Part shown: positions 6,547 to 16,714 of the stretch, piece by piece
Numbering within the stretch: the first letter of the stretch is position 1
Layout of the letters: every line of letters begins with the position of its first letter
Assembly: GCA_037439545.1 (NCBI GenBank)
Contig: JBBIVV010000016.1
Span: 1 to 20,951 of the forward strand
DNA from: a bacterium
Lineage (GTDB): Bacteria > JAMCPX01
Direction: 5' to 3'
DNA length: 20,951 nucleotides
The notes under the pieces: model-generated
Told to the model about the DNA's origin: nothing
The model's input: only the letters and a program-made list of their open reading frames with translations
Database searches by the model: none
Program-made: the position numbers and the translations under genes

Positions 6547-8430
6547 ATGAACAAACAAAAGCTCTTTATAAGTCTTCTCGAAGCTATGATTCAGAAACCG
6601 GATATTCCTGACACTATAAAACAAAAATCTATCGTCCAGCTTGAAACCTATCTGAAACATGCACCAAAGTTTGTGAAATCCGGGTTTACACTACTTTTAT
6701 ATTTAGTTGAATATCTGCCGTTATTGAGCAGGGGAACAAGGCTCTCCAGGATGGATATTAATGCAAGAGCCCGATATATCGGTAATTTTCAAGGCAGGAT
6801 CAGCGCCAGTATATTAATGGTACTCAAGCTTTTTGTTACCCTGTCATACTATTCTATAGATGAAATCGAAAAGCAGGTTGGATTTACGAGACAGTGCGAA
6901 GGTATTAAAGGAAGAGTGAAAAAACCTGCTTTTATAGATGGTTCCTCAGCAGACAGCGATGTCAATATAAATGCCGATGTGTGCGTCATAGGATCCGGTG
7001 CAGGCGGTGCTGCAGCAGCATATGCAGTCGCAAAAGCGGGTATGAAAACAGTCATCCTTGAGGAGGGCGCATATCTCACCGGAGAGGACTTCACTCAAAA
7101 ACCTGTAGATGCCTTTACCTCATTATACAGGGACCATGGGTTTATAACTTCTCTTGGGACCCCGCCCATAATCATACCTCTCGGCAAATCGGTTGGAGGC
7201 ACGACGACCATAAACTCGGGCACCTGCTACAGGATGCCCGCATCCGTGATTAAAAACTGGCGTGACGGCTACGGCATACATTGGCTGACCGATGATGAGT
7301 ATGCCAGGTTGGCTTCGTTTGTAGAAAAGGAGATTCATGTCGAACCCGTGCCTGAAAATATTTTCGGTAAAAACAGCGGACTTTTCAGAAAGGGGACAGA
7401 GGCACTCGGGCTCGCCGGAGCGCCCATACCGAGAAATACTTATGAATGCGACGGCTGTGCCTTCTGTGCATTCGGCTGTCCGAGGGATGCAAAATATGGC
7501 ACGATGCTGAATTTCATTCCTGATGCAATAAAGTACGGGGCAGCGTTGTATTCGCATGCGAAAGCCGTAAAGCTTATCATAAAGAGCGGCAGGATCGAGG
7601 GTGTAAAAGGCGTGTTCCTTGATCCGCAGGGTAAAACAACATCGAAGCGCGTTACCATAAATGCTCCCCATGTTATCGTAGCTTCAGGCGCTATCTCTAC
7701 CCCTGTGTTTCTGAGGAAGAATGGCTTAAAACATCCGCGTATCGGCAGGAATCTTCATATACACCCTGCAGCGCGTGTATCTGCAATGTTCCATGAACGT
7801 GTGGATGGCTGGATCGGAGTGCCTCAGGGCTATAATATACACCAGTATGCCGAAGAGGGCATATTTATTCAGGGACAGTTTGTGCCTCCTTCAATCATCG
7901 CTCAATCCATTCCTTTTGTGGGTGAAAGGCATACACGTATGATGGATAAGTATGCACATATGGGGTCGTTCGGTGCACTGATCTCAGATACAGGATCGGG
8001 TAAGGTGTCTCCGGGATTCGGGGGAATGGGGAGTCCCATGATTTCATATACACTTTCAAAAGAAGACCACGTCAAAATGGTAAAATCCATTGCAATAACG
8101 GCAAAGGTCTGGTTTGCGGCAGGAGCAACGGAGGTGCATACACAGATTGCCACGAAGCCCGTACTACAGAATGCAAGAGAGGCGGATGAGCTTATGGATA
8201 AGTTACCGCCCGCATGGTCGCTCGAGCTCATGGCGTTTCATCCCATGGGCACTGCGATGATGGGCAATGACGATTCAACGGCAGTGGTGAAGCCCGACGG
8301 GGAAACCTATGAGGTAAACGGGCTTTATGTAGCAGATGCCTCTCTGTTTCCCACGTCAACGAAGCTGAACCCGCAGATTACGATTATGAGTTTGGCAATG
8401 AAGGTTGGTGAGGGGATCGGTAAGCAATGA
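6547..8430 (+). CDS. GMC family FAD oxidoreductase (long-chain alcohol oxidase-like)
   Basis: DVCVIGSGAGG FAD motif, ILEEG, VGGTTTINSG, CxxCxxCxxGC (CDGCAFCAFGC), GRNLHIHP, catalytic AFHPMGT, VADASLFPT, NPQITIM; AGGAGG RBS upstream. Confidence 0.9.
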   Translation: MNKQKLFISLLEAMIQKPDIPDTIKQKSIVQLETYLKHAPKFVKSGFTLLLYLVEYLPLLSRGTRLSRMDINARARYIGNFQGRISASILMVLKLFVTLSYYSIDEIEKQVGFTRQCEGIKGRVKKPAFIDGSSADSDVNINADVCVIGSGAGGAAAAYAVAKAGMKTVILEEGAYLTGEDFTQKPVDAFTSLYRDHGFITSLGTPPIIIPLGKSVGGTTTINSGTCYRMPASVIKNWRDGYGIHWLTDDEYARLASFVEKEIHVEPVPENIFGKNSGLFRKGTEALGLAGAPIPRNTYECDGCAFCAFGCPRDAKYGTMLNFIPDAIKYGAALYSHAKAVKLIIKSGRIEGVKGVFLDPQGKTTSKRVTINAPHVIVASGAISTPVFLRKNGLKHPRIGRNLHIHPAARVSAMFHERVDGWIGVPQGYNIHQYAEEGIFIQGQFVPPSIIAQSIPFVGERHTRMMDKYAHMGSFGALISDTGSGKVSPGFGGMGSPMISYTLSKEDHVKMVKSIAITAKVWFAAGATEVHTQIATKPVLQNAREADELMDKLPPAWSLELMAFHPMGTAMMGNDDSTAVVKPDGETYEVNGLYVADASLFPTSTKLNPQITIMSLAMKVGEGIGKQ

Positions 8431-8791
8431 TATCGAGCTCTACCTTTGCGTTTTTCGGCAGGGCATTGACAAATACGGTGGTCCTCACCGGGAGATTTTC
8501 ATTGAAATAGCGGGCATAAACCGTATTGAATGCAGTAAAATCTTTGCTGTCGACGAGGTATGCAGTGACTTTTATGATATCCTCCAAAGTTAATTTTTGC
8601 TCTGTAAGCGCATTTCGTACGGACGTTAAAATTGCTTCTGTTTGCAGTGCCGCATCTCCTTGCACGACATCGCCAGTCAGGTGGTCTAAAGCAATCTGTC
8701 CCGAGAAAAACAAGAAGCCGCTGCATTCGATCATCTGCGAGTAAGGCCCTACTGGTTTTGGGAGCTTGTCCGTGCTTCTCTGCTTCTTCAT
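8384..8791 (-). CDS. ridA: RidA/YjgF/UK114 family reactive-intermediate deaminase
   Basis: PVGPYSQ, FFSGQI, FNTVYARYF, conserved Arg in PVRTTV, LPKNAKVELD; 4-nt ATGA overlap with rel. Confidence 0.9.
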   Translation of the reverse strand: MKKQRSTDKLPKPVGPYSQMIECSGFLFFSGQIALDHLTGDVVQGDAALQTEAILTSVRNALTEQKLTLEDIIKVTAYLVDSKDFTAFNTVYARYFNENLPVRTTVFVNALPKNAKVELDIIAYRSPHQPSLPNS

Positions 8792-10950
8792 GCAGTTTCT
8801 CCTGCAGCTATTCTTTGTACATTGGTCACATCTTTTATTTTCGATATGCTGTTGACGACATCCCTGAGTTGATGAGTATCTTTGACAGCGATCTCGAACA
8901 TCAGCGTGGATTTCTGATTTTTATTCGGTGCGACAGAAGCCCTTATTATGTTTACTCCGAGTGTCGAAATGGAGTTCGTTATACTTGCAAGCAGACCCGG
9001 TTTATCATTGCCTGTTACCAGGATCTTGACGGGTCTGAGTATGTTGCTTGTTGTATGCCACTCTGCCTCAATCTTGCGTTCCGGGTCCAGCTCAAGAGTT
9101 TTTGAGCAATCTGCCGTATGAATGGTTATGCCCCTGCCTCTCGTTATAAAGCCGACGATAGGGTCGCCGACAATGGGATTACAGCAATGGGCAAATCTGA
9201 CTAATATATCGTCCATACCTTTGATCTTGACGGCAGTCGATGATTTTCTCGCCACAAGTTTGAACAGCTTCGATATTGCGCTGTCAGCTTTGGGTTTCTG
9301 TTCCTGCAGCTTATCCACAGGAATGAGATGTTTTATCGTTTGCAGCGGGGACAATTTCCCGTATCCTATTTGCGAGTACAGGTTGTCTATATTTTTTAAA
9401 TTTGCCTCTGCGAGATAGTTGTGTATTTCGCTTGAGTTAATGAATTTCGAGAAATTGAGATTGAACTTCGAGAATTCGCTTTCCAGCAGTTCTTTGCCTA
9501 TCTTCTTGCTCTCTTCACGTTCTTCTTTGCTCAACCATTGCCGAATCTTTGCCTTTGTCTTTGATACAGCGACAATCCTGAGCCAGTCCCTCGTAGGGTG
9601 CGCTGCGGGCGAGGTAATTACTTCGACGGTATCGCCGTTTTTAAGGGGTGTTTTCAGGGGCACGATCTTGCCGTTTATTTTCGTGCTTGCACAGTGATTG
9701 CCGACATCGGAATGGATTGCATAAGCAAAATCAAGGGGTGTCGCTCCGACAGGTAATTCTATCACGTCGCCCTTTGGTGTAAACACGTATACCTCGTCCG
9801 GGAACAGATCCACTTTTACAAACTGCATAAAAGATTCCGGATCTTTCAGTTCCTGCTGCCATTCTATAAGGTGCCGGATCCACCGGTATGTCGAGTCATC
9901 TTTTGTCTCGAGCAGCTTGCCTTCTTTATATTTCCAATGTGCGGCTATACCTTCTTCCGCAATCCTGTGCATATCGTGTGTCCTTATCTGTATCTCGACC
10001 CTTTCCCCTTTCGGGCCAATGACTGTCGTATGCAGCGATTGATACATGTTGGTCTTCGGCATTGCTATATAATCCTTGAATCTGTCCGGAACAGGCCTCC
10101 AGGTCGTATGGATAATGCCGAGTGTCTGGTAGCAGTCTTTTATAGTATCCACAAGCACGCGGAAAGCAGTGATATCATAAACCTGCTCAAAATCGAGGTT
10201 GGATTCTTCCATTTTCTGATATATACCGTAGAGATGCTTCGGCCTGCCAGTTACATCTACCTTTAACCCCTCTTTTTCAAGCATATCTTTTATGATGTGT
10301 TCGACTTCATGGACATATTTTTCTCGTTCTTTACGGCTTTTGGCGATCATCTTCGAGAGGCGGTAATAAAACTCCGGCTTTGTAAAGCGGAATGACAGAT
10401 CTTCAAGTTCGGATTTTAACCAGTAAATACCGAGCCTGTGTGCAATGGGTGCATATATGTCGAGTGTCTCTTTTGCGATACTCACGCGCTTGTCTTCCGG
10501 CATGTACTCGAGCGTCCTCATGTTGTTCAGCCTGTCCGCCAATTTGATGATTATTACCCGTATGTCCTTTGCCATCGCCACAAGCATTTTACGGAAATTT
10601 TCAGCCTGTTTTGCAGCCTCGGTATTAAAAGTAATATTGCTTATCTTTGTAACACCTTCCACAAGGTCAGCGACCTCTTTGCCGAACAGCTCGGTGATTT
10701 CTTCTACTGTTGCCCAGGTATCTTCAACCGTGTCGTGGAGCAGTCCGGCAGCAATGGTCGGCACATCCATTCTCAGAGAGGCAAGTATCCCGGCAACCTC
10801 CATGGGGTGGATAAGATAAGGTTCACCGGACATGCGTACCTGTCCGTTATGCACCTTTGCGGAAAAAACATAAGCTTTATTGATGAGATCTAAATCAGCA
10901 TCCGGATTATAGGAAAGTATCTTTTCATGAATTTCATTCAACCTGATCAT
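8788..10950 (-). CDS. rel: Bifunctional (p)ppGpp synthetase/hydrolase (long RSH: HD, SYNTH, TGS, ZFD, ACT)
   Basis: Intact HD motif LLHDTVED; KLADRLNNMRT; GRPKHLYGIYQKM; RFKDY (RxKD); YQSLHT; VEIQIRT; TGS (DFAYAIHS); AHCCNP; C-terminal ACT. Confidence 0.96.
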   Translation of the reverse strand: MIRLNEIHEKILSYNPDADLDLINKAYVFSAKVHNGQVRMSGEPYLIHPMEVAGILASLRMDVPTIAAGLLHDTVEDTWATVEEITELFGKEVADLVEGVTKISNITFNTEAAKQAENFRKMLVAMAKDIRVIIIKLADRLNNMRTLEYMPEDKRVSIAKETLDIYAPIAHRLGIYWLKSELEDLSFRFTKPEFYYRLSKMIAKSRKEREKYVHEVEHIIKDMLEKEGLKVDVTGRPKHLYGIYQKMEESNLDFEQVYDITAFRVLVDTIKDCYQTLGIIHTTWRPVPDRFKDYIAMPKTNMYQSLHTTVIGPKGERVEIQIRTHDMHRIAEEGIAAHWKYKEGKLLETKDDSTYRWIRHLIEWQQELKDPESFMQFVKVDLFPDEVYVFTPKGDVIELPVGATPLDFAYAIHSDVGNHCASTKINGKIVPLKTPLKNGDTVEVITSPAAHPTRDWLRIVAVSKTKAKIRQWLSKEEREESKKIGKELLESEFSKFNLNFSKFINSSEIHNYLAEANLKNIDNLYSQIGYGKLSPLQTIKHLIPVDKLQEQKPKADSAISKLFKLVARKSSTAVKIKGMDDILVRFAHCCNPIVGDPIVGFITRGRGITIHTADCSKTLELDPERKIEAEWHTTSNILRPVKILVTGNDKPGLLASITNSISTLGVNIIRASVAPNKNQKSTLMFEIAVKDTHQLRDVVNSISKIKDVTNVQRIAAGETA

Positions 10951-10964
10951 AATCTATCTTTGAA

Positions 10965-10995
10965 GGCACATCCCGTTTTTAGCCGGGGATATGCC
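10965..10995 (-). other. Stem-loop between rpoZ and rel (weak terminator or RNA-stability hairpin)
   Basis: Minus strand GGCATATCCC ... GGGATGTGCC, 10-bp stem with one G-U; only TT follows. Confidence 0.45.
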
Positions 10996-11010
10996 GGCAT
11001 AAAGATTACC

Positions 11011-11217
11011 TTATTTTTTCGCAGTACCGACAGTATAGGGGATCTTGCCTGCAGCAATTTCTCTTAAAGCAAGGACTATCTCCTTATTATCATCTTTATT
11101 GTCAATAAAGGGATTTGCACCTTTTATGAGCTGCTTTGCCCTTTTCATAACAATTTGTGCCAGTATGAATCTGTTATTGGTGATCTTGAGTGAATCTTCA
11201 ACCGTTACCCTTGCCAT
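11011..11217 (-). CDS. rpoZ: RNA polymerase omega subunit
   Basis: [37 protein letters not shown]; directly upstream of rel. Confidence 0.96.
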   Translation of the reverse strand: MARVTVEDSLKITNNRFILAQIVMKRAKQLIKGANPFIDNKDDNKEIVLALREIAAGKIPYTVGTAKK

Positions 11218-11268
11218 ATAGTTACCTCTCTTTGTTTATTCTTATGTTAGTCTCGATATCTTCACGTG

Positions 11269-12984
11269 TCAATTCTGTGAAGTTACGATATCCTTGAGAA
11301 CAAGCTCGATATTTTCCGAGCCATTGAATGTATTATTCCTGATATAATAAGCTATGTGAGCGTATTTTGGCAAGCTGTCGATGGATTCGACGGTCCTGAA
11401 CGATATAACTTCCATGACGGCATCGTCCTGCACAGCCTTGCACCTTAAGACATTATTTTTGAGCATTACCGGATCTGTAATCTTCACATTGTATGAAATA
11501 AATACGGGTTCTGCATTCCCTGGGCCATAGGGCATGAGAAGCCTCAGCTCATCGACGACCTTTCGCGTAATCTGCTTGAAATTCAGTACCGCATCTATAT
11601 TGAGTGAAGGGACAAGCATGTCATCCGTCAGGGTCGAGTTGAGGAGTTTAAAGAAATTGTTTTTAAAGTCTTCTAAGTTCTCCGATTTTATCACCAGTCC
11701 CGCTGCAAGCTTGTGTCCGCCAAATCCGACGAGGTACTCACTGAGAGTTTTCAATGTTTCATAAATATGGATCGATTGTATGCTTCGTGCCGAGCCCTTG
11801 CCGATATTGCTGTTCAGAGAGATCAGGATCGTGGGCCTGTAATAAGTTTCAACAAGCTTGGAAGCCACGACTCCGATGACTCCGGGATGCCATCCCTCGG
11901 ATGCAAGCACAATGCCTTTGCTGTCCTGAATAACCGGGTCTTTTTTAATAAGATCCATGGCATTCCTGAATATCTGATGCTCTATCTGCTGCCGGTCGCT
12001 GTTGATCTTGTCGAGTGTGTGTGCAAGTTTTGTCGCAAGCACAGGACTGTCTGTGGTCAACAACTGCACTGCTATTGCAGGATCATCGAGCCTGCCTGCT
12101 GCATTTATCCGCGGCGCGACTCTAAAACTTATATCAGATGCATGGACCTCTTTATCGGACAGGGAAGAAACCTCCTTTAACCCTTGTATCCCGAACCGCT
12201 TTGATTCCTGAAGTATCTTGATGCCCTCGCTTACAATGATCCTGTTTTCCCCTACGAATGGAACGATATCCGCAATAGTCCCCAATGCAACAAGGTCAAG
12301 ATAATATTTGAGATTCGGCATCTCCATATAGTTGAAGAACCCTTCTTTTTTCATCGTACTGCGTAATGCCATCAGCAGGTTAAAAGCAACCCCGACGCCT
12401 GCAATGACATTTAAGTCCTGTATATCGCTGTCTTTGGTGTCCAGTATGGCGTAGGCAGGGGGTTTCGTATCGGGTATCTCATGATGATCGGCTATTATGG
12501 TATCTATATTATTCTGCTTTGCAAAGCGTATCTCTTCGTTGTTTGATATGCCGCAATCGAGTGTGACGAGGAGACTGCAGCCGTCGTGTACAAACTGCTT
12601 GATACTGTTTATGTTCAGTCCGTAACCCTCATGAAGCCTGCTCGGGATGTAGTAATTTACATGCGCGCCGACGGATTTAAGGTAAAGATACACGATCGAG
12701 ACGGACGATATGCCGTCAACATCGTAATCTCCGTAAAGCATGATCTTCTCATGTTTCTTCAGCGCAGTTATTATTCTGCTGACAGCCAGTTCCATTCCCT
12801 CTATGAGGAAAGGAGAAGGCAGGTCCTGAAGGGCCGGATGGAGGAACTGCATGGCTTTTTCAGCACCGGTTATACCCCTGTTTATCAGGACGATCGACAG
12901 TACGTCCGACATACCGATCGTATGGGACAGACCGTGCACGGCATTTGTAGTTGGATTATTTTTCTTTTCCCATCTCTTGGCCAT
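11269..12984 (-). CDS. recJ: Single-stranded-DNA-specific exonuclease RecJ
   Basis: DHH motifs YGDYDVDG, TLDCG, ADHH, LGTIAD, APRINAAGR, GSARS, FGGHKLAAG. Start at ATG 12984 overlaps the secDF stop (TAATG). Confidence 0.95.
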   Translation of the reverse strand: MAKRWEKKNNPTTNAVHGLSHTIGMSDVLSIVLINRGITGAEKAMQFLHPALQDLPSPFLIEGMELAVSRIITALKKHEKIMLYGDYDVDGISSVSIVYLYLKSVGAHVNYYIPSRLHEGYGLNINSIKQFVHDGCSLLVTLDCGISNNEEIRFAKQNNIDTIIADHHEIPDTKPPAYAILDTKDSDIQDLNVIAGVGVAFNLLMALRSTMKKEGFFNYMEMPNLKYYLDLVALGTIADIVPFVGENRIIVSEGIKILQESKRFGIQGLKEVSSLSDKEVHASDISFRVAPRINAAGRLDDPAIAVQLLTTDSPVLATKLAHTLDKINSDRQQIEHQIFRNAMDLIKKDPVIQDSKGIVLASEGWHPGVIGVVASKLVETYYRPTILISLNSNIGKGSARSIQSIHIYETLKTLSEYLVGFGGHKLAAGLVIKSENLEDFKNNFFKLLNSTLTDDMLVPSLNIDAVLNFKQITRKVVDELRLLMPYGPGNAEPVFISYNVKITDPVMLKNNVLRCKAVQDDAVMEVISFRTVESIDSLPKYAHIAYYIRNNTFNGSENIELVLKDIVTSQN

Positions 12985-15635
12985 TATTTTCTCTTCTGGA
13001 AGATCTTTCCTTTTTCTCCTATCCAATCCAGAACAACAGCACTTGCTATGAAAACCGAGGAATACGTGCCGACGATGACGCCTATCAACATTGCAACAGA
13101 AAAGTCATGCAATACGGAACCGCCCATTAAATACATGGCAAGCACGACCAGAAAGACCGTCAGTGATGTGATAATGGTCCTGCTCAGCACTTCGTTTATA
13201 CTTCTATTGAACAACTCCAGATGTGTTTCGTTCTTTCTCGTTTTCAGCCTTTCCCTGATTCTGTCGAATACAACGACAGTGTCTGTGAGTGAATAACCCG
13301 CAAGTGTCAGGAGCGCCGTAACAATCAGCAGTGTTATCTCCTTATCGAGAAGATAAAAGATACCGAGCACGACAAGCACATCATGGGCAGTTGCTATGGT
13401 TGCAGCAACGCCGAATTTGAACTCGAACCGCCATGCGATATACAATATTATGGCGAGCAGGGAGAAGAGAACGGCCCACAGGGCGTTTTTCTGCAGGTCT
13501 TTCCCGACAACAGGACCTATTTCATTGGTACTCTCAATCTCAAAATTATTGGCCGGAAAAGCTGTTTTCAGCGTGCCGATAATCTTGTCCGCTATATTTT
13601 CATGAAGGTTTTTTACCTTTTTGACGTTGATCAGATATTCGTTCAATTTCGGCAATTCCTGAATCTCGGGCCCCGGTATATTCGTACTTTCTATTGCCTT
13701 CCTTATATCGGAGATGCTGATAGGTTTTGCAAATTTTACCTGAACGGATGTCCCGCCGCCAAAGTCAATGCCGACATTCGCCTTTCCCCGTGCTATCTGT
13801 ACAGCCCCGATGATGCCGAGGGCGACCAACAACCCGGAGATGATATAGGTGTAACGTCTTGCACCCATAAAATTAATGTTGGTCTTGCCTATAAACTCAA
13901 GGAACCTTAACTTGGTCAATCTTACCTTTGAATTCATGTAATCGAAGAACGTCCTCGTTGCAAAAAGTCCTGTAAACAGGTTCAGGGTAACACCTATGCT
14001 CAGTGTTACTGCAAAACCTTTTATAGGGCCTGTACCGAATATATACAGGATCACTGCCGTGATAAGGGTCGTGATATGAGAGTCGATGATCGTGTAAAAG
14101 GCTTTGTCATATCCCGCATCAACGGCAGTCCGGATGGGCTTGCCGAGTTTCAATTCCTCCCTTGTCCTTTCAAAATTCAGGACGTTCGTATCCACCGCCA
14201 TCCCTATGGACAGTATTATACCTGCTATGCCCGGGAGGGTAAGTGTGGCACCAAAGAGCGCAAGTAGTGCGAGCAGCATGACGATGTTGATGAGCAAACC
14301 GATGTCCGCAATGACACCCGCTATGATGTAATAAATAAGCATGAATAAAACCACAAAAATACCGCCCGCTATTGCCGCGGTCATGCCTTCTTTTATGGAA
14401 TCCGAACCGAGAGTGGGGCCGACAACGTTCTTCATAAGCACGGTCACAGGGGCGGGCAGGGCGCCGGCACGCAGGACTATCGCAAGATCCTTTGCCTCAT
14501 CCTCGGAAAAACTGCCTGTTATCTGTGCAATGCCACCGCTGATCCTTTCACGTATAACTGGTGCAGAATACACTATATTATCGAGCACTATTGCCAGTCT
14601 CCGTCCGACATGCGCCGCGGTAAGCTGATCGAACAATCGTGCCCCTCTTGAATTGAAGCGTATCGAAACATAGGGCTGGTTATACTCGCCCCCTATCTCC
14701 ATTCTTGCATCCGTAAGCATATCACCTGTCATGGAGACGTCTTTCTTCAGTATGTAGGTCTGGTATGTCGTAATATTGGTATTCTTGTCTTTGTTCACCT
14801 GATAACCCACCGTGTATTCAGGCGGTACCTTACCTGCGAGGAATTGATCGAGCTTGGTTTTGTCGTACGCCCAGAGATAAGGCCTGTTGATAGTTTCCGT
14901 ATCCGACACAGCCATGGGTGTGGAACCCGCGTATATCCCGTCAGGCAGGGGTTTTGTATTCTTGATAATTTCCGACAAAAATACCGGATTATCTTCAACA
15001 AGCACAAATTCCAGTTGTGCGGTCTTACCGATAATCTCAATTGCCCTCTGCGGATCTTTTATGCCGGGCAATTCTACGATAATCTGATTATTGCTCTGCG
15101 GCTGGATGATAGGTTCTGTTACCCCGAACTGATCTATCCTGTTTCGTATGTTCTCTACGGCCTGATTGAGTATATGGCCTTTCATGTAGGTAATCTCCGA
15201 GTCCGTCAATGTCAGGGTAAAAGACGGGGGCAGCGAAGTGTCCAGCTTCTGAAGATCCGGGAAATCGTCCTTCAGAACGGTTAAAAATTTGTCCGTGTCG
15301 CCTGCATTTACAAGCCTGATATCAATCTCACCCGATGTGGTAAAGGACGTTCCCGTAACAGACATAGATTGCACAGGAACATTCTTATTGTTGAGTCCAT
15401 CCTTTAATTCATTTGCCTTTCTTGACAGGTCGTCCTTTACAGCCTTATTAAGGTCAACACCGAATACAAGGTATGTTCCGCCTTTCAGATCGAGTCCGAG
15501 GTTAAGTTTGGCAGAGGGGAGCAGGCTTTTCCACCACCCTGGCAGTTCATTTATAAACGATGGCAGTACTATAAAAATAGATATGACTGTCAGTAACCCC
15601 ACCAGTATAAGTCTCCATACTATGTTCTTCCGCAT
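12984..15635 (-). CDS. secDF: Fused protein translocase subunit SecDF (883 aa)
   Basis: SecD half: LNLGLDLKGG, IRNRIDQFGVTEP, LRAGALPAP, VGPTLG, GMAVDTN. SecF half: GIDFGGG, YIAWRFE, GYSLTDTVVVFDRIRE, GTYSSVFIA. One continuous ORF. Confidence 0.96.
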   Translation of the reverse strand: MRKNIVWRLILVGLLTVISIFIVLPSFINELPGWWKSLLPSAKLNLGLDLKGGTYLVFGVDLNKAVKDDLSRKANELKDGLNNKNVPVQSMSVTGTSFTTSGEIDIRLVNAGDTDKFLTVLKDDFPDLQKLDTSLPPSFTLTLTDSEITYMKGHILNQAVENIRNRIDQFGVTEPIIQPQSNNQIIVELPGIKDPQRAIEIIGKTAQLEFVLVEDNPVFLSEIIKNTKPLPDGIYAGSTPMAVSDTETINRPYLWAYDKTKLDQFLAGKVPPEYTVGYQVNKDKNTNITTYQTYILKKDVSMTGDMLTDARMEIGGEYNQPYVSIRFNSRGARLFDQLTAAHVGRRLAIVLDNIVYSAPVIRERISGGIAQITGSFSEDEAKDLAIVLRAGALPAPVTVLMKNVVGPTLGSDSIKEGMTAAIAGGIFVVLFMLIYYIIAGVIADIGLLINIVMLLALLALFGATLTLPGIAGIILSIGMAVDTNVLNFERTREELKLGKPIRTAVDAGYDKAFYTIIDSHITTLITAVILYIFGTGPIKGFAVTLSIGVTLNLFTGLFATRTFFDYMNSKVRLTKLRFLEFIGKTNINFMGARRYTYIISGLLVALGIIGAVQIARGKANVGIDFGGGTSVQVKFAKPISISDIRKAIESTNIPGPEIQELPKLNEYLINVKKVKNLHENIADKIIGTLKTAFPANNFEIESTNEIGPVVGKDLQKNALWAVLFSLLAIILYIAWRFEFKFGVAATIATAHDVLVVLGIFYLLDKEITLLIVTALLTLAGYSLTDTVVVFDRIRERLKTRKNETHLELFNRSINEVLSRTIITSLTVFLVVLAMYLMGGSVLHDFSVAMLIGVIVGTYSSVFIASAVVLDWIGEKGKIFQKRK

Positions 15636-15645
15636 TTTTACTCCT

Positions 15646-16320
15646 TTAAATTAATTTGACGTTGTTTATAAACATTGAAAATTTTGTTCCAAGATATTCA
15701 GCAGCCCTTCTGCATAAGAGCATTCGGGACAGGAATATTTCAAAATACTCAATAACCTCCGATATCGTCGTATCGACAGTGAGATTCAGTATGATTTCTT
15801 TATTTGACGCATCGATATCGAGGATGGATTCAGTAACGGCATAATTCACCCTGTCATGAATATCAAATGATATAAAGCTTCTGTTGCGCACGCGTCCCCT
15901 CTGGACGTCCGTTTTATCCGCAATTATCAAAGCTGCTGTTATCTCATTGGTAATCTCTCCCCCTTCATCTTCGTGATTGCCGATTGCGCTCATCACAATC
16001 GCTGTATCTTCAATATCAAACCCGTTTTTCTCAAGTATCTCCTTTGCGAGTAAAGCACTGGATAAGCCGTGATTGTTACGGCTTATAAGATTGCCAAGGT
16101 CATGCAAATAGCCCCCTACCATGGCAAGTTGAATATGCTTATCATGAAAATCTAATTTTTCAAGAATATAGCCGGCCCGTTGTGAAACGAACAGAGCATG
16201 TCTTCTGCCATGCTCTGTATAGCCTATTCGTTCAAGATGCTGGTCTGCCATATCTATGTATACAGCAGTCCTTGGATCATCCATGATCTGCTGTAAGACT
16301 TTATCGACTGCAATACCCAT
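15646..16320 (-). CDS. HD-domain metal-dependent phosphohydrolase
   Basis: TEHGRRH, YLHDLGN, IGNH, LIIADKTD: HD superfamily metal ligands. Confidence 0.85.
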   Translation of the reverse strand: MGIAVDKVLQQIMDDPRTAVYIDMADQHLERIGYTEHGRRHALFVSQRAGYILEKLDFHDKHIQLAMVGGYLHDLGNLISRNNHGLSSALLAKEILEKNGFDIEDTAIVMSAIGNHEDEGGEITNEITAALIIADKTDVQRGRVRNRSFISFDIHDRVNYAVTESILDIDASNKEIILNLTVDTTISEVIEYFEIFLSRMLLCRRAAEYLGTKFSMFINNVKLI

Positions 16321-16327
16321 TACTCGG

Positions 16328-16693
16328 TTACTTGCCGGTATTACCCGCCTTTTCTACTGATGCAGGCTGGGTTGAAGCCGTGTAGCCGGATATGTGGGCT
16401 TTTTCTACCTTTATCTTTACACCATCGGCAATTTCGAGAGTAATTGCGTTGTCTGCAACCCCGGCTATTTTACCGAAGATGCCGCTTGATGTGATGACCT
16501 CATCCCCTTTTTTCAGGCTGGAAATGAACTCCTGATGTTTCTTCATCTTCTTTTGCTGAGGCCGTATCAATAACAGCCAGAAGATAAAGAAGATTACCAT
16601 CAACGGTAAAAGCATGTTCATTATTCCCGACATGCCTCCTGCCGGTGCGCCTGCAGGCGATGCTTGAGCGAACGCATAAACAATTGTATTCAC
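16328..16693 (-). CDS. yajC: Preprotein translocase subunit YajC
   Basis: Single TM then LLIRPQQKK, LKKGDEVITSSGIFGKI; GTG start with AGGAG RBS. Confidence 0.96.
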   Translation of the reverse strand: MNTIVYAFAQASPAGAPAGGMSGIMNMLLPLMVIFFIFWLLLIRPQQKKMKKHQEFISSLKKGDEVITSSGIFGKIAGVADNAITLEIADGVKIKVEKAHISGYTASTQPASVEKAGNTGK

Positions 16694-16714
16694 GGGTTTT
16701 CTCCTTTTTTATTT

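Noticed and set aside
5294..8430. GT4 plus GMC as a tRNA-integrated genomic island
   Set aside because: No integrase, and I found no duplicated tRNA 3' end near 8430; no obvious compositional shift by eye.
12985..13026. Longer recJ start at 13026
   Set aside because: Would overlap secDF by 43 nt; ATG 12984 gives TAATG coupling and a typical RecJ N-terminus (KRW).
12586..13296. 236-aa plus-strand ORF and the other opposite-strand or alternate-frame ORFs in the track (e.g. 2921-3430, 7123-7671, 13383-13910)
   Set aside because: All lie within well-supported conserved genes and show no recognisable motifs; shadow ORFs.
16648..16659. 12-bp perfect palindrome CGCCTGCAGGCG in yajC
   Set aside because: Explained by Ser-Pro-Ala-Gly-Ala codons in a low-complexity linker; no flanking structure.
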